Shown here piece by piece: positions 1 to 13,600 of a stretch of 64,000 bases of DNA. Under the pieces are notes generated by a model. The model ran no database searches. It had not been told where the DNA came from and saw nothing but the letters and a program-made list of their open reading frames with translations. The first letter of the stretch is position 1, and each line of letters begins with the position of its first letter. This stretch comes from Octopus sinensis (lineage: Eukaryota), in NCBI RefSeq assembly GCF_006345805.1, contig NC_043009.1, forward strand, positions 19,468,001 to 19,532,000. Reading direction: 5' to 3'. The translations under genes and the position numbers were made by a program.

Positions 1-276
1 GAAAGAAATCCAAAACAATGAAAATAAGCACAACTTCAACAGAAAGACAAAAAAGAAAGGAAGCAATGGTGAAGAAAGGTGGGGATGTATACATACATGC
101 AAACATACACACGCAGGCATACGTACATACACACTCACACACACACGACTGGCTTTTTTCTGTTTCCGTCTACCAAATCCATTCACAAGGCTTTGGCCAG
201 CCCGGGTTGATAGATAGATAGATAGACGTGTGCCAAACATACATACATCTCTTAGTCTCTCTGTCTCCCCCCCTCC

Positions 277-307
<31 letters not shown>

Positions 308-1557
308 ACGTTGTTGAACAGCTGCTGGTCACTTTGTACCCAGAACAGTGTTCTTTGACCTCCTAAGGCAATAAAAACTGGAGACAAAATTTTTTCTGTA
401 CCAAAAACAAGGCTCACGCGCGTGCACACACACACACACAAGTTTGTGTTTTTGTATGTATCTATCTATGTACATATAAAGATGTTCTTTTCTACTCTAG
501 GCACAAAGCCCAAATTTTTGGGGGAGGTGGGGGCAGTTGATTAGATCGACTCCAGTATGCAACTGCTACTTAATATATTGACCCCCAAAAGAATGAAAGG
601 CAAAATCGACCTCGGCTGAATTTGAACTCAGTATGTAGACAGACGAAATACCGCTAAGCATTTTTATAGGAATACAGATATTGTTTGCTCACTGTCACCA
701 AGCATCTCAACTATTGTAACTATTTTGTGATCGAGGTATTTTATTTTGATTGAACATCAAGTGAAGAAAAGATCGGGCCAGTGAGATGGTGGAGAGGCCA
801 CTAAGCATTTTGGGACACTCATATTCTCTCATGAGTCCAGATTTGTTGTATTTCCTGACGGTGATTGAGTGTGGGTTTCTTTAGCCGAACTGCTAAGTTA
901 CAAGGACATAAACACACCATCAGTTGTCAAGTGATGTTGGGGGGACAAACACACACACACACACATATGACAAGCTTCTTTCAGTGTCTGTCTACCAAAT
1001 CCACTCACAAGGCTTTCATCAGTCCGAGGCTATAGTAGAAGACACTTGCCCAAGGTGCCATGCAGTGGGACTGAACCCAGAACCATGTGGTTCATAAGCA
1101 AACTACTTACCACACAGCCACTCCTGCGCATATATATATATATATATATATAAAAAATAAAAACTCTAATTAGTGTTACACTTATGCCTTGACAACCGAT
1201 CAGGGCTGAAGTATTTCCTGACCCTGAAAGGGGTAATATATGATCAATGACCCATTCAGTTTCTATCAGAGAATGGTAAAACATGTTTGTGAAAGAAGAA
1301 TTTGTGTGCTTAAACAAAGAAAAGAAAAAAACATGATGGGCACGTGCTGTAATTTGTCTCCTTTATTCCACTCTACCAATATTCAAATGAGGTTTGCTTT
1401 GGAGTTTGTTTAATATCAAAATGAACCTCTTAACCCTCACCCTGACAGGAAGAGTTTATTTCATTGAATTTCTTTAAAAACGTTTTTTTTTTTTTTTTCA
1501 GTTTCTGTTTGAATTTAATTTCATTAATTTAGTTGAATTGGTTGAATTTTCTTGCAG

Positions 1558-1687
1558 ACAGTTCCATTGAAAACAGGGAATTATTTTGATAACAATGTTC
1601 TGCCTTTCTCTGCTTTTCTCACTGATAACTATGGCAGACAACACACATATCTACGGATATCTTTAACTGAAAGATGTAATTTTCGAT
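1558..1687 (+). CDS. MOCS1: MOCS1A exon (TVPLK...ERCNFR)
   Basis: cttgcag acceptor, t|gtaagt donor; [28 protein letters not shown]. Confidence 0.93.
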
Positions 1688-4600
1688 GTAAGTTCACACT
1701 TTAAAATATTCCACATTGTTTTGTGATTAAAATGTGTAATTAAACAGTTTTTTTTTAATGTTTCATTTATGATTCATTTATTCGTTAAGGTCATTACTAA
1801 CAGACCATCACCTTAGAGACAACTGCTGTCAGCTCTTCCTTTGTGAACTTAAATATACTTCAGAGTAATATGTTGATTGTATCATCTCACCAATGTGCTG
1901 GTGGCTCATAAAAAGCTCCCACTACACTCTTGGAGTGGTTGGTATTAGAAAGGGCATTGAGCCATAGAAAACTTTCCATATCAGACTGGAGCCTGGTGCA
2001 GGTGACCAGTTTTCAGTCAGCACCATGGAAAGCGAACATTAAATGATGATGATGATGATGACAATGTGTGAAAACAGTTGTAGTTATGGGAAATAAAGAA
2101 TGTCATTCAATCTGTTTTCTCTTATCGGTTTCTTTATACACACACACACACACACATATATAGCACTCCCTGACTGGCTCCCGTGCTGGTGGCACGTAAA
2201 AAGCATTATCCAAACATGATCGGTGCCAGGCCTGCTTGACTGGCACCTGTGCCAGTGATATGTAAAAAGCACCCGCTACACTCTGAGTGGTTGGCGTTAG
2301 GAAGGGCATCCAGCTGTAGAAACTTTGCCAGATCAGATTGAAGCCTGGTGCAGCCGCTGGCTCTCCAGACCTCAGTCAAACCGTCCAACCCATGCCAGCA
2401 TGGAAAACTGACGTTAAACGATGATGATGAGTAAAGCTAGAAATATTCCTCTGTAAAGTTGATTAGTTTGTGTGTTTTGTGGTATTTTCTTTTGTAATCT
2501 TTGCTCAGCAATTGTCAACATAATTTTATAATTTATTCTGGGTATTTATTGAGAGAAATAACATGTAAAGTTGTGGCTATGCCTAAGCTGAAACTCTCCT
2601 CTGTTTGTCAGGCCTACATGTTTTTTGTAGGAATAATGTAACAGAGGGGGAGGAGGAGGGCTGCACCGTCACTCAGGCTCATGCTCATTATGGCTGAGCA
2701 GACTGGAGCCATGTGCAATGAAGTGCAACACTCAACCACACAGTGTGCACTGCTTGGTCCATGATGACAACCGATGATTTTACGATCATGAGGTGAACAT
2801 CCTAATCTCCTAATCACTGGACCACACACACACACGTGTTGGGGCCACATAAAAAGTGTAGTGCCACATAAAAAGCACTTGGCACACTCTGTAAAGTGGT
2901 TGGCGTTGCGAAGGGCATCCAACTGTAGAAACCAATCCAAAACAGACAATGGGACCAGGTGCAGTTCCTGTCAAACCATCCAACCCATGTCAGCATGGAA
3001 AACAGACGTTAAATGATGATGATGGTGATGCACATATAGCAATACACATGCAACACATACTCACACACACACACACACACACACAGTTATATATAAAAGT
3101 GAGATTAAGATGTGAACTGATTGATTTTCAATTGATTTAGTGAAACTTTGTATTTTGCAGGTCAATACTGCATGCCTGAATCTGGTGTGGAGCTGACCCC
3201 GAATAAAAATCTTTTAACGACTGCAGAACTGATCCAAATCACTTCCCTGTTTGTTAATCAGGGCATTAAAAAAGTTCGTTTAACTGGAGGAGAGCCATTG
3301 ATTAGAAAAGATTTAATTAAAATTGTTGGTGAGTTTCTCTCTGTTATTGTTATTTAACCCTAGGACAGGCCTGATCCAACAGACATACAATCAAATGTTC
3401 TATAACAGTTTTTTTTTTTTTTCTTTGCTGGCATAATGTACCTAGAAATGCGTTATCTGATGTGTCCATCTCATTATTAAGACTCTAAGGTATGATAAGA
3501 GGACAATTTGGTTGCTATTTCTAGCAAGTTGAGAAACCAAGTAGAGGTTTCTTTGTTAGTTTAAGGAACAGGTTTTTTTTTTTTTGCCTAAGATTATTAA
3601 AAACCTTATCTGAATCCTGATATTTCTGAACACAATTCTGTTGTGGTTTTTGTAGTGCCAACCCAGCTCTGATCCAGTAATTCTCTGGCTTAGGGATAGT
3701 CAACTGAATGACCAGGTGGGACCCACAAATCTGTTGCTTAAAATATATTTTGCTTTTATCTACCTGAGAACCATGCTAGACACATCAACACAATGAAAAA
3801 AAATGGTGGTGATGTTCTTTCTACTGTCTGTCCAGTATAGTTGTAGATTTTGGTGGTGGTCACAGTGGAGGTGGACATGCTAGACTTGGCCTGAATGCAA
3901 GAACATTTCTATATGGTCATTCAGCCAAGTTAGATTTACCTGTAAAATTTCAAAATATATTAAATAAATGTTAGGTATGGCAGGAAATGCAATTTGATGG
4001 TCATGGCTGGAATGTCTGTTGACTGATTTAAGTCTAATACGAACAGATGTATATACAGTCTTGTCATGTGTCACAGTACTTTTATATGTTGATAGGAGAG
4101 TACTCCTGTAATCAGAGAGCATGGTACTCTTCTATTCCAGCAATCGGTGCTATATGCACAATCTGTAAATGATTATTTCAGCTTATCCGGAAGGACTATA
4201 ATTATTATCATCATTATATGTGGCAAGCAGGCAGAATCATCGTTAGCATGTGCAGTGGCATTCCTTACAGGTTTACATTCTGAGTTCAAATTTTGATGAG
4301 GATGACTTTCATTCTTTCAGGGTCGATTAAATAAGTACCAGTTGAGCACTAGGGTCAATGTGATTGGCTAGCCCTCTCCCTCAAAATTCAGGCCTTGTGC
4401 CTATAGTAGAAAGGATTATTATTATTCAAAATTAGTGACACTGATTGTGAGGTTAAAGTGTTGGCTTTATGACCATAGAGTCATAAGTTCAAATCTTATG
4501 AGCATCATTTTGTTGTAACCTTGAGCAAGGTACCTGACTCTACTTGCTCCAGTTCACCTAACTGAACACAAAATAAATCAATTGATTGATTAACACATAG

Positions 4601-7600
4601 GATGCACATTAGTTTGTACAAATAATAATAATTTCTCCAAAATATAAACCAACCTCCACAAATATGGCAACACGAATAATGTAAGGTAACAATAAATATG
4701 ACAAATAAACCTGTGACCATATTAGTGTGAATTTATTTACCAAAAATAGTTTGGAAATTGAGTTTGTGGTAAGAAACTGGTTTATTACTATATTCTATGT
4801 TTTATTGGAATAAAGAAATGATTTTGAAAGAGTTTTTAATTCCTCAGGAATTTGATGTTTTTTTGTAATTCTTAAATATTTCAGAAGAACTTCATCTCCT
4901 GAAACAATATGGTTTGGAATTTATTACTATGACAACCAATGGTGTGATTCTTCATCGAGTTGTGGAGAAGTTAAAAGAAGCTGGCTTAGATTCCCTGAAT
5001 GTCAGTCTTGATAGTTTAATGCCACATAAGTTTGCTTTCATTACCAGAAGGAATTGTTTAGATAAAGTCTTAAAGAATATAGAGGGTGCTTTGGCAGCAG
5101 GATTTTCTCCGTTAAAGGTAAGGAAATGTCAATGCAGAATGTTTGAAATTTTTTCTTCCAAATTTAAAAAACAAATGTTTATGGCTTAGTAATAGCAGGA
5201 ATGACCATTTTAGTGATGGGGGCTCCTAGGCTGGCAGGGCAGTTTAATTCCAGTATTTGTGACAGAGTAGATTCTGCTAGAGACAGGTTGTGGCATTAAA
5301 CTGGGCCAAAGATTTGGTTTGCTACCAAAGAATAGGTACAGGCCATATGATAAGCTTCAGCATAGTTTCCTTCTATTACAGTTCACTTGCAAGGCTTGTC
5401 TCACCATGAGCTTATGATAACATGCACATAGTTAAACTGTTACACACACTAGAATTGAACCTGGTACCAAATGTTTGCCAAAGAACTTGCCCAACCATGC
5501 TTAAATTCATTATCACTTTAATTCCTCTATAAACTTAATTTATTAAAATAGTTCAGAGGGAAGCTTCTGTAGACACAGTGCTAGTAAACATATGGAATCT
5601 GTGAAATTTGTAGAGTTGTTACTTACCTTATTTACATTCGACAGATATTTGTCCTCATCTTTTTTGTTGTTAACACAATGTTTTGGCTGATATACCCTCC
5701 AGCCTTCATCAGGTGTCTTGGGGAAATTTCAAACCTGGGTTCTCATTCCTAAGGTATTTTTTGATGTTATTATTATTATTCAGGTTACAACCTGGAATCG
5801 AACTCGGAATCTTGGAGTTAGTAGCCCACGCTCTTAACCACTACGCCATATGCCTGTGGGCATAGTGGTTAAGAACGTGGGCTACTAACCTCAAGATTCC
5901 GAGTTCAATTCCAGGCAGTGACCTGAATAATAATAATAACATCAACAACATCGAAAAATACCTTAGGAATGAGAAGCCAAGTTTGAAATTTCCCCAAGAC
6001 ACCTGAAGAAGCCTGGAGGGTATATCAGCCGGAACATTGTGTTAACAACAAACAAGATGAGGACAAATATCTGTCAAATGTAAATAATGTGAATAATGTA
6101 CATAATTCCTCATCTCTTAGATATAGAACTGTATTGTTAGAGTTATGAGAGAGAGAGAGAGAGTTCACTTGATGCTCCACCAATTCTGTCAATCCACCAC
6201 CCTGGGGGAGACAACTACAATGGTATGGTGATGTAATACAAATGGATGGTATACCCCTGGGTGAACGTATACCATATCTACCATTGGTGGATGGTAGTAG
6301 AGGAAGAAACAGGAAGTGAAGTTGGGTCTAAAAAGTATTGAGTTTCAAAAACAAGGTGAAAGAGGAATGGTAAGATGCCATGATATCAGACTTGTTCCAT
6401 TCTGGTCACAATTGAACTCTAAGAATAAAGGATTATAGATAACTTATTTTCTTAGTGGCTTTGATCCCTAGCCTGTGGCCATCCTTTGATCCCTAGCCTG
6501 TGGCCATCCTTTGATCCCTAGTCTGTGGCCATCCTGGGGCACCATTTTGAAGGGTTTTTAGTCAATCATATCAACCTTAATATTTTATCAATCTCATTAA
6601 TTGTGAACCATTAAGTTATAGGAAAGCCTGCATGTGGTGGCTTGACTTTCTCGAAACAGCAGCCAAATCCCCTTCCTCAAATTGTATCCTACAATTTAAA
6701 AAAGATATTTTTAGTAATGTAGTCATTGATACACTTTCTGAAAAGATGGGATGGCCAAGATTGGCTTGGAGTTAAACCCATCACTACAATAACGAGTTTT
6801 AAGAATTGTAAACACAAGCACTGATGCTAAAACACACACACACACACACACACATTCACTTCTGCACAGTTTCCATCTGTCAAATGGCACTGACAAGGTA
6901 ATGGTCAAACCCTAGGCCACAATAGAAGACGCATGGTGGGATTGAACCGAGAATCATGTCATTGTGAAACAAACTTCACCGCATGGCTGTAACCGATTTG
7001 ATTTTCTGTTCTAAATCTTTGCAGATCAATTGTGTTGTTATGAAGGACCTCAATGATGATGAAATCTGTAATTTTGTGCAGTTAACAGAGAAAATGGTGA
7101 GTTGATTTTCATTTGTGTTTATGATGATGATGGCATCATTTCATTTCATTTCATTTCATTTGGGTTTGAGTCCATGCTCAGGCCAAGTCGAAGACTCCAC
7201 CCTCAGAGTCTGGTGTGGTTGCCAGGTTGTATTCTCTGCTTAATTTTGACATGTGTAGTTAGCGAGTTTGAGTCAGTTTGTGCTCGTTGTGTATATCCTG
7301 GGAGATGGGGTTCATCTCTAATGGTGCTTAAGTATCTATCCAGTTGCAATTTGAATGATTCCACACTGCATCCTGATAGATTTCTGACATGTACCGGAAT
7401 GGAGTTGAACAGTTGTGCTCCTCGAACCAACAGACTTGATTCTCGCAGGGTTTTTGCTGCCTGGCCAGCCTTTTTGTTGATTGGTGGCAGCTGGCAGCGT
7501 CTTCCGTGGCGCAGTGAGTGGTAGGTTTTGATACCAAAGTTTGGCACCTTCTGCTCTATCATTTTCCAAATGTATATAATTCGGTATCGCTCAAATCTTC

Positions 7601-10600
7601 TTTCTATTGAGTACATCCTCAAGGTTTTGAGTCTTTGCCAATAGTCCAGGTCCCTCGTTTCTGAGAAGTATGAGGTAAAATTTCTTTGGAGCGATTCTAT
7701 CTTAGATAGTTGGCCCTTTGTTGTTGGTGACCACAACTGAGAACAGTAGTCAATCCTCGGAAGTATCATACTGTTCCAGAGGGTTTTCATTGTTGAGGTA
7801 TCTCTTGATTTGAAGGTGCGCAAGATCCACCCGCTGTACTTTCTTGCAGTAAGACAGACTGAGTCAAGGTGTTCTCTGAATTTTAGGTTGGTTCCCATGT
7901 GGATGCCTAAATCTTTCACATACTGTTTTTCCATTATTTGTTGTCCTGATGAGTTTCTGTAGTTTGTTGTATTTTTCAGATCTTGATCTGTTCCGTAGCG
8001 AATTAGTTCAAACTTCTTATCATTGAACAACATATTGTTTGTTTCCTGCCATTTATATATGGTGGTCAGGTCCTTTTGTAAGGCCTCTGTATCCACCTCG
8101 TCTTTGATTTGTCTCATGACCCTGGTGTCATCAGCAAAGGATGAGACGTTGCTGGTTGTATCTTCATCTATGTCAGAGATGAGGATGAGAAACAGGATTG
8201 GGCCGAGTACTGTACCCTGAGGAACACTGCTGGTCACAGGTGATGGTGTTGAATGGGTTCCATTCACAGTGACTGTTTGAGTTCTATTTGTAAGGAACTC
8301 ATGTATCCATGTACCAACTTTTCCTCCTACTCCTAGCTTTCGAAGTTTGTGACCCAGGGTGCCATGATCTACCTTGTCAAATGCCTTGGCAAAGTCGAGG
8401 TAGATAACATCTGTGTTGTATCCATTCTCTAGATTTTCTAGGATTTGGTCATGGTGTGCCAGTAGTTGGGAAAGGCATGATCTACCTAACCTGAATCCAT
8501 GCTGGTTGCAATTCATCAGATTGTTGGATTCCAGGAACTCAACCAGTTTTCCACGAACTATTCTTTCAAAGACCTTGATAATGTGTGATGTCAGTGAGAT
8601 TGGTCGGTAGTTCTTTGGTTTTGATTTGCTGTCCCCTTTATGTATTGGAGTTATGTGTGCTTCTTTATATGTATTTGGTATTTTGCCATTCTCCATAGAT
8701 TCCCTCCATATCATGTAAAGGGGTTTCGACAATTGTACCTTGCAGTTTTTAAGTATCATGGCATTGAAACCGTCAGGCCCCGCAGCCGAGTGCATGGAGA
8801 GCTTGTCTATGGCTCTTGCTATGTCTTCTGGGTTGAAATCAATGTCGGATAGGGTAGGTTTAGTATGGTCGATATCCTTGAAGAATTTTCCTGGGTCATG
8901 GATCTTCATGGTTTTAGATGGCTCACTGAAGACACTTTCATACTGTTGACCCAACATTTCTGCCATTTCAATAGGGTTATTCACTACATCCCCATTTTGT
9001 CTCTGGAGAGGTCCTATTGTTGACTTGGTGTTCGAGTATTTCTTTGCAAAACTGTAGAAACATTTTGGATTTTTCTTGATGTTTTCTATGGCTCTCTTTT
9101 CTGCATTGTTACGTTCTTCATCATAGTGTTGTTTTAGATTGTCTTCTAATCTGTATATTTGGTCAAGGACTTTCTGTAATTCATGTTTTGATGTCAGCTT
9201 AGATGTTTTGTTTCTTAGTCTTGACCTTTTGCGCATCAGGATCTTACGCTCCCGTGGTACAGGTTTTTTTGTGGACTTGGTTTTCTTTAGAGGAACATTT
9301 TTTTCACATATTTCTTCGATCTTGTTTAAGAATTTCTTGTGTTTATCTGGCCCAGTAAGGTAGAGATCCCAGTCAATGATTTGTAACTGGTTGTTAATAG
9401 TTTCCCAATTTGCCTGGTGATAATCATACCTGCATAGCTTTGGCATGTCCTTTTGTTTAAGAGTTGTGACATTGGGCTCATTACCAATGTGTAAATGCAT
9501 TTCAATAATATTGTGGTCTGAAAGGATTGTTGGGGTTGAGTGAAGGTCAATAAGATGAGGACCAGTTGAGCACTGGGGTCAATATAATCTATTTCTCCCT
9601 CCCCTAAAAGTTGCTGGTTCTGTGTCAAAAATGATCAAAAATTGTTATCATTAAGGTGTTGTGAAGGCAGCGAGCTGGCAGAATCATTAACACACCTGGC
9701 AGCATTTTATCCGTCTTTATGTTCTGAGTTCAAATTCTGTCACGGTCTTCTTTGCCTTTCATCCTTTCAGGGTCGATAAAATAAGCATCAGTTGAACATT
9801 GGGGTCAATATAATCAACTTAACCCACCCACTCCACCCAAATTGCTGGCCTTGCACCAAAACTCAAAAACCATTATTAGGAAGTCATGTTGGCAGCAATT
9901 TTTCTGGCACGATGGACGAAATTCTTAGCAGCATTGTGTCTTGCCCCTCCTCCAACTTTTAAGCCTTGAATTATTATCGAAAAATCATTGTTTCTGCTTT
10001 CAGAATTTAGACGTACGATTTATAGAGTACATGCCTTTTCAAGACAACAAATGGAATTTGAAGAAAATGGTTCCTTACAAAGACATGTTGGAAATTATTA
10101 AAAGAAAATGGCCAAACATATCAAAAATTAAAGATAAACCTAATGATACATCAAAGGTATGTTGAAAACCTATTCCTGGATTTTGATGTCTTTTACAATC
10201 AGGAGAATTTGGTTCTCAGTTATGTTGGTATTTTTGTAAAAGTTTACCATATTTTGTTTATTTTATATCAGAATTGGTGAACAATGGTTCCATTGGTTCC
10301 AAGTTTTCAATAGACTGATCATTGGTTCACTATTTATGATAGTGTGAAAGGGGAGTTTCTGTAACTCAGTGCAGACCAAACGTTTCCAGGAACTTACTTA
10401 AAAAGCAACAGTTTTTCAGTTTCTCATTGATGTTCCGTCAATATAATCAATATAGATCCTTGAAAGATATATATGCACAGAGACGCACACACACACACCT
10501 GTGTTGTATGGCCCTAATAACTAGGCCATGTATGATCATAAAGTTGTAGGTTTGATACCTGGACTGGATGGTGCCTTTTATCCTTGAGCAAGGTAATTCA

Positions 10601-13600
10601 TTTCTTATTACTCCAGTCTACTCAACTAACAATGGGTACCAACCAAGTTGCTGGTACAGCTCTGTTCCTCCTGCAAAATTTTGGATGTTCTGTAGGGTCA
10701 AAGAACAGCCAAAAAGATGTCTTCTCTTGACTCCACAGGCACCTAAAACTATTAGCAAAAGCATGGAACCATACTTGGGAGACACATACATGGTTTATAC
10801 ACACACACACACAATGGGCTTCCACATAGTTTCCCTCCACTAGACCCCTTCATAACCACATAGTCATGTTGGCATCTATGTCTTTGTTTATTTTATTATT
10901 ATTTTTAATTTTTAGAGATAATTTTACTGGTTTTACATTAAAAATTAGTTCACTTTTTTTCATTGCCTGCTTACATAGTTTATTGTTAGTTGTTGTAGTA
11001 TGTTCACAACTTATTGGACTTTTAAATTTATTTTCCTATTATTTAAAAAAGAAACGTATGTTACAAAGAAAATAATTTTTCCCCGTAAAATGTTACGACT
11101 ATTGTTTTCTTTTTTCTTTTAAGGCCTTCAAAATTCCTGGATTTGAAGGTCAAATAGGTTTTATTACTTCCATGTCTAACCATTTCTGTGGCTCCTGTAA
11201 TCGTTTAAGACTTACGGCCAATGGAAACCTCAAGGTATCAACTTTATTTCTTTTATTCCTTCTTTTTATTCCGTCAGCTCCTGGCCATGCTGGGGCATCA
11301 TTTTGAAGGGTTTTAGTCAATTACAATACTTAACTCATTTTATCCATTCCTATTTATCGAACGGATAGGTTTGTCTATTGAATTACGTCACCTAAGAGTT
11401 ACCTCCCCTGAAAAAGTAAATCTGACAACAAACGTTCTTTTCTATTTTTAGGGACTTTAAGGAATAATTAACTTTATTTTGTCTGTTTTATTCAATTTTT
11501 CAACACTGGGATGGTTGTTGTTTCTATATATATATACATGTGTTTTGTGTCTCCTTACCTTGACATTTTGTGTGATAATTATAAAATGATTGTCACTGTC
11601 ATTCTAGTAATATCATTCGGTTCCAATATTCTTCGAGAACGTCTAGCCACGAGGAAATGTTACTTTGCTTGGAAACAAGGAATAGTCTCTGATGGCTAAT
11701 AAAACCAGTGAGAAATGGTGACCTGTTGCATGAAGGGTTGCTATAGAACCACTTTCTAGATTGTTGGGAAAATGGTGAGGCAGCAAAACCTAAGATAAGA
11801 GGGAATATCACAGATAGTAATTTGACCAAAGAATCAACAGAGGTCTGCCCAAGATGCAAATGAGGTCTGGATGGTATGAACATGATTGTAAAAGTGAGGT
11901 CTGCATCTTTGAGTTAAATTAGGTGATGTTTTGCATGAAATATGTTTAAATAAAAATTGTTGTTAACCTATTTCTAACATTCAGGTTTGTCTTTTTGGAA
12001 ATGAAGAAATATCTTTGAAAGACATGATTCGAAAAAATGTTTCTGAGGAAGAAATCCTAAAGCATATAGAATTTGCTGTGAAACGGAAGCATAAACAACA
12101 TGCTGGTGAGTATTTAAGCTGTATTTGCTCAGATTAGTTAAGACTTCTCTCACATTTATCCTAAGACGTGTCTCAAAGTTGTCCTAAGACTGAACTGTTG
12201 CTGTGACTTGGCACATCTTTCATAATCTTGATCTGTTTGAACTTTTAGGTGGTTGCTTGACCTGTTAGAAACAGTAACTAAACCATCCTTATATCACACA
12301 CTATCATCTTAAAAAGAATGAAAGAACACTCTTGATATAGTCCTAGATTCATAATGCTTGGAACTTGTCAAAACAGTGATGGTCATATCTGGAATGTCTG
12401 TCAAATCAGAGCTGAATCTTATGGTTTTTTCCCTCAGGTTTCTCAGCTTCTTTCATATCTTCGTTTTAACATTAATTAGTATTAATTTCCGCCGAGGTGC
12501 ACTTTGCTTTTCATCCTTGTTAACTGTAGTTTGCCCATTGCTCTGTTCTGAGTTCAAATGCCACCGAGGTCGACTTTGCTTTTCATCCTTTTGGGGGTCA
12601 ATGGAATAAGTACCAGTTGAGTACTGGGGTCGATGTAATCAACTATTTCCCCCCTCCACCAAATTTCAGGCCTTCTGCCTATAGTAGAATGGAGGTATCC
12701 CCACCTGTCACACAGGAGACCAGGGTTTGATTCCCCACTGGGGAGGCATTGTTCATAGGTGCAAGAGTGACTGTGTGGTAAGTAGCTTGCTTATCAACCA
12801 CATGGTTCCGGGTTCAATCCCAGTGTGGCACCTTGGGTAAGTGCCTTCTACTATAGCTCAAGGCTGAAGCCTTGTGAGTGGATTTGGTAGACAGAAACTG
12901 AAAGAAGCCCATCGTGTATATATATGTGAGTGTGTGTTTGTCCCCTCACCATCACTTGACAACTGATGTTAGTGTGTTTACTTCCCTGTAACTTAGCAGT
13001 TTGGCAAAAGAGACCAATAGAATAAGTACTAGGCTTACAAAGAATAAGACCCAGGGTCGATTTTTTTTCCAACTAAAGGTAGTGCTCCAGCATGGCTGCA
13101 GTCAAATGACTGAAACAAATATAAGAATAGAGAAAGGTGGTGAGCTGGCAGAATCGTTAGTGCACTTGACAAAATGCTCAGCTGTAGTTTGCTCATTGCT
13201 ATGTTCTGAGTTCAAATGCTGCTTAGGTTGACTTTGCCTTTCATCATTTCGGGGTTGATGGAATAAATATCAGTTGAGTACTAGAGTCACTGTAATTGAC
13301 TTTCCCCCTCCACTAAATTTCAGGCCATGTGTCTATAGTAGAACGGATTATTACTTTATTATTAAGGTGGTGAGCTGGTAGAATCGTTAGCATGCTGGAG
13401 GAAATGTTTAGCGGCATTTTGTCTGTCTTCACACTCTTCCATATTTGAGCCACCTAAATGATACACACATGTGTGTACCATTTGGGTAGATCAAATATGG
13501 AAGAGTGTGATAAAGTATTGATTGGTTGGCGTTAGGAAGGGCATCCAGCGTAGAAACACTGCCAGATCAGACTGGGCCTGATGCAGCCTTCTGGCTTCAC

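Larger units (their letters stand above)
5628..6133. mobile_element. Head-to-head inverted pair of tRNA-derived SINE-like units, each with a Penelope-type hammerhead ribozyme motif
   Basis: 5628-~5850 is the reverse complement of ~5860-6087. Box A TGGCGTAGTGG (5848-5838) and box B GTTCGATTCC (5803-5794) on the minus arm; hammerhead cores at 5717-5672 (-) and 5998-6043 (+). Confidence 0.85.

Noticed and set aside
5790-5925. Functional tRNA genes at the palindrome centre
   Set aside because: Boxes A and B are present, but I see no proper acceptor stem and the heads run straight into repeat body; treated as SINE heads.
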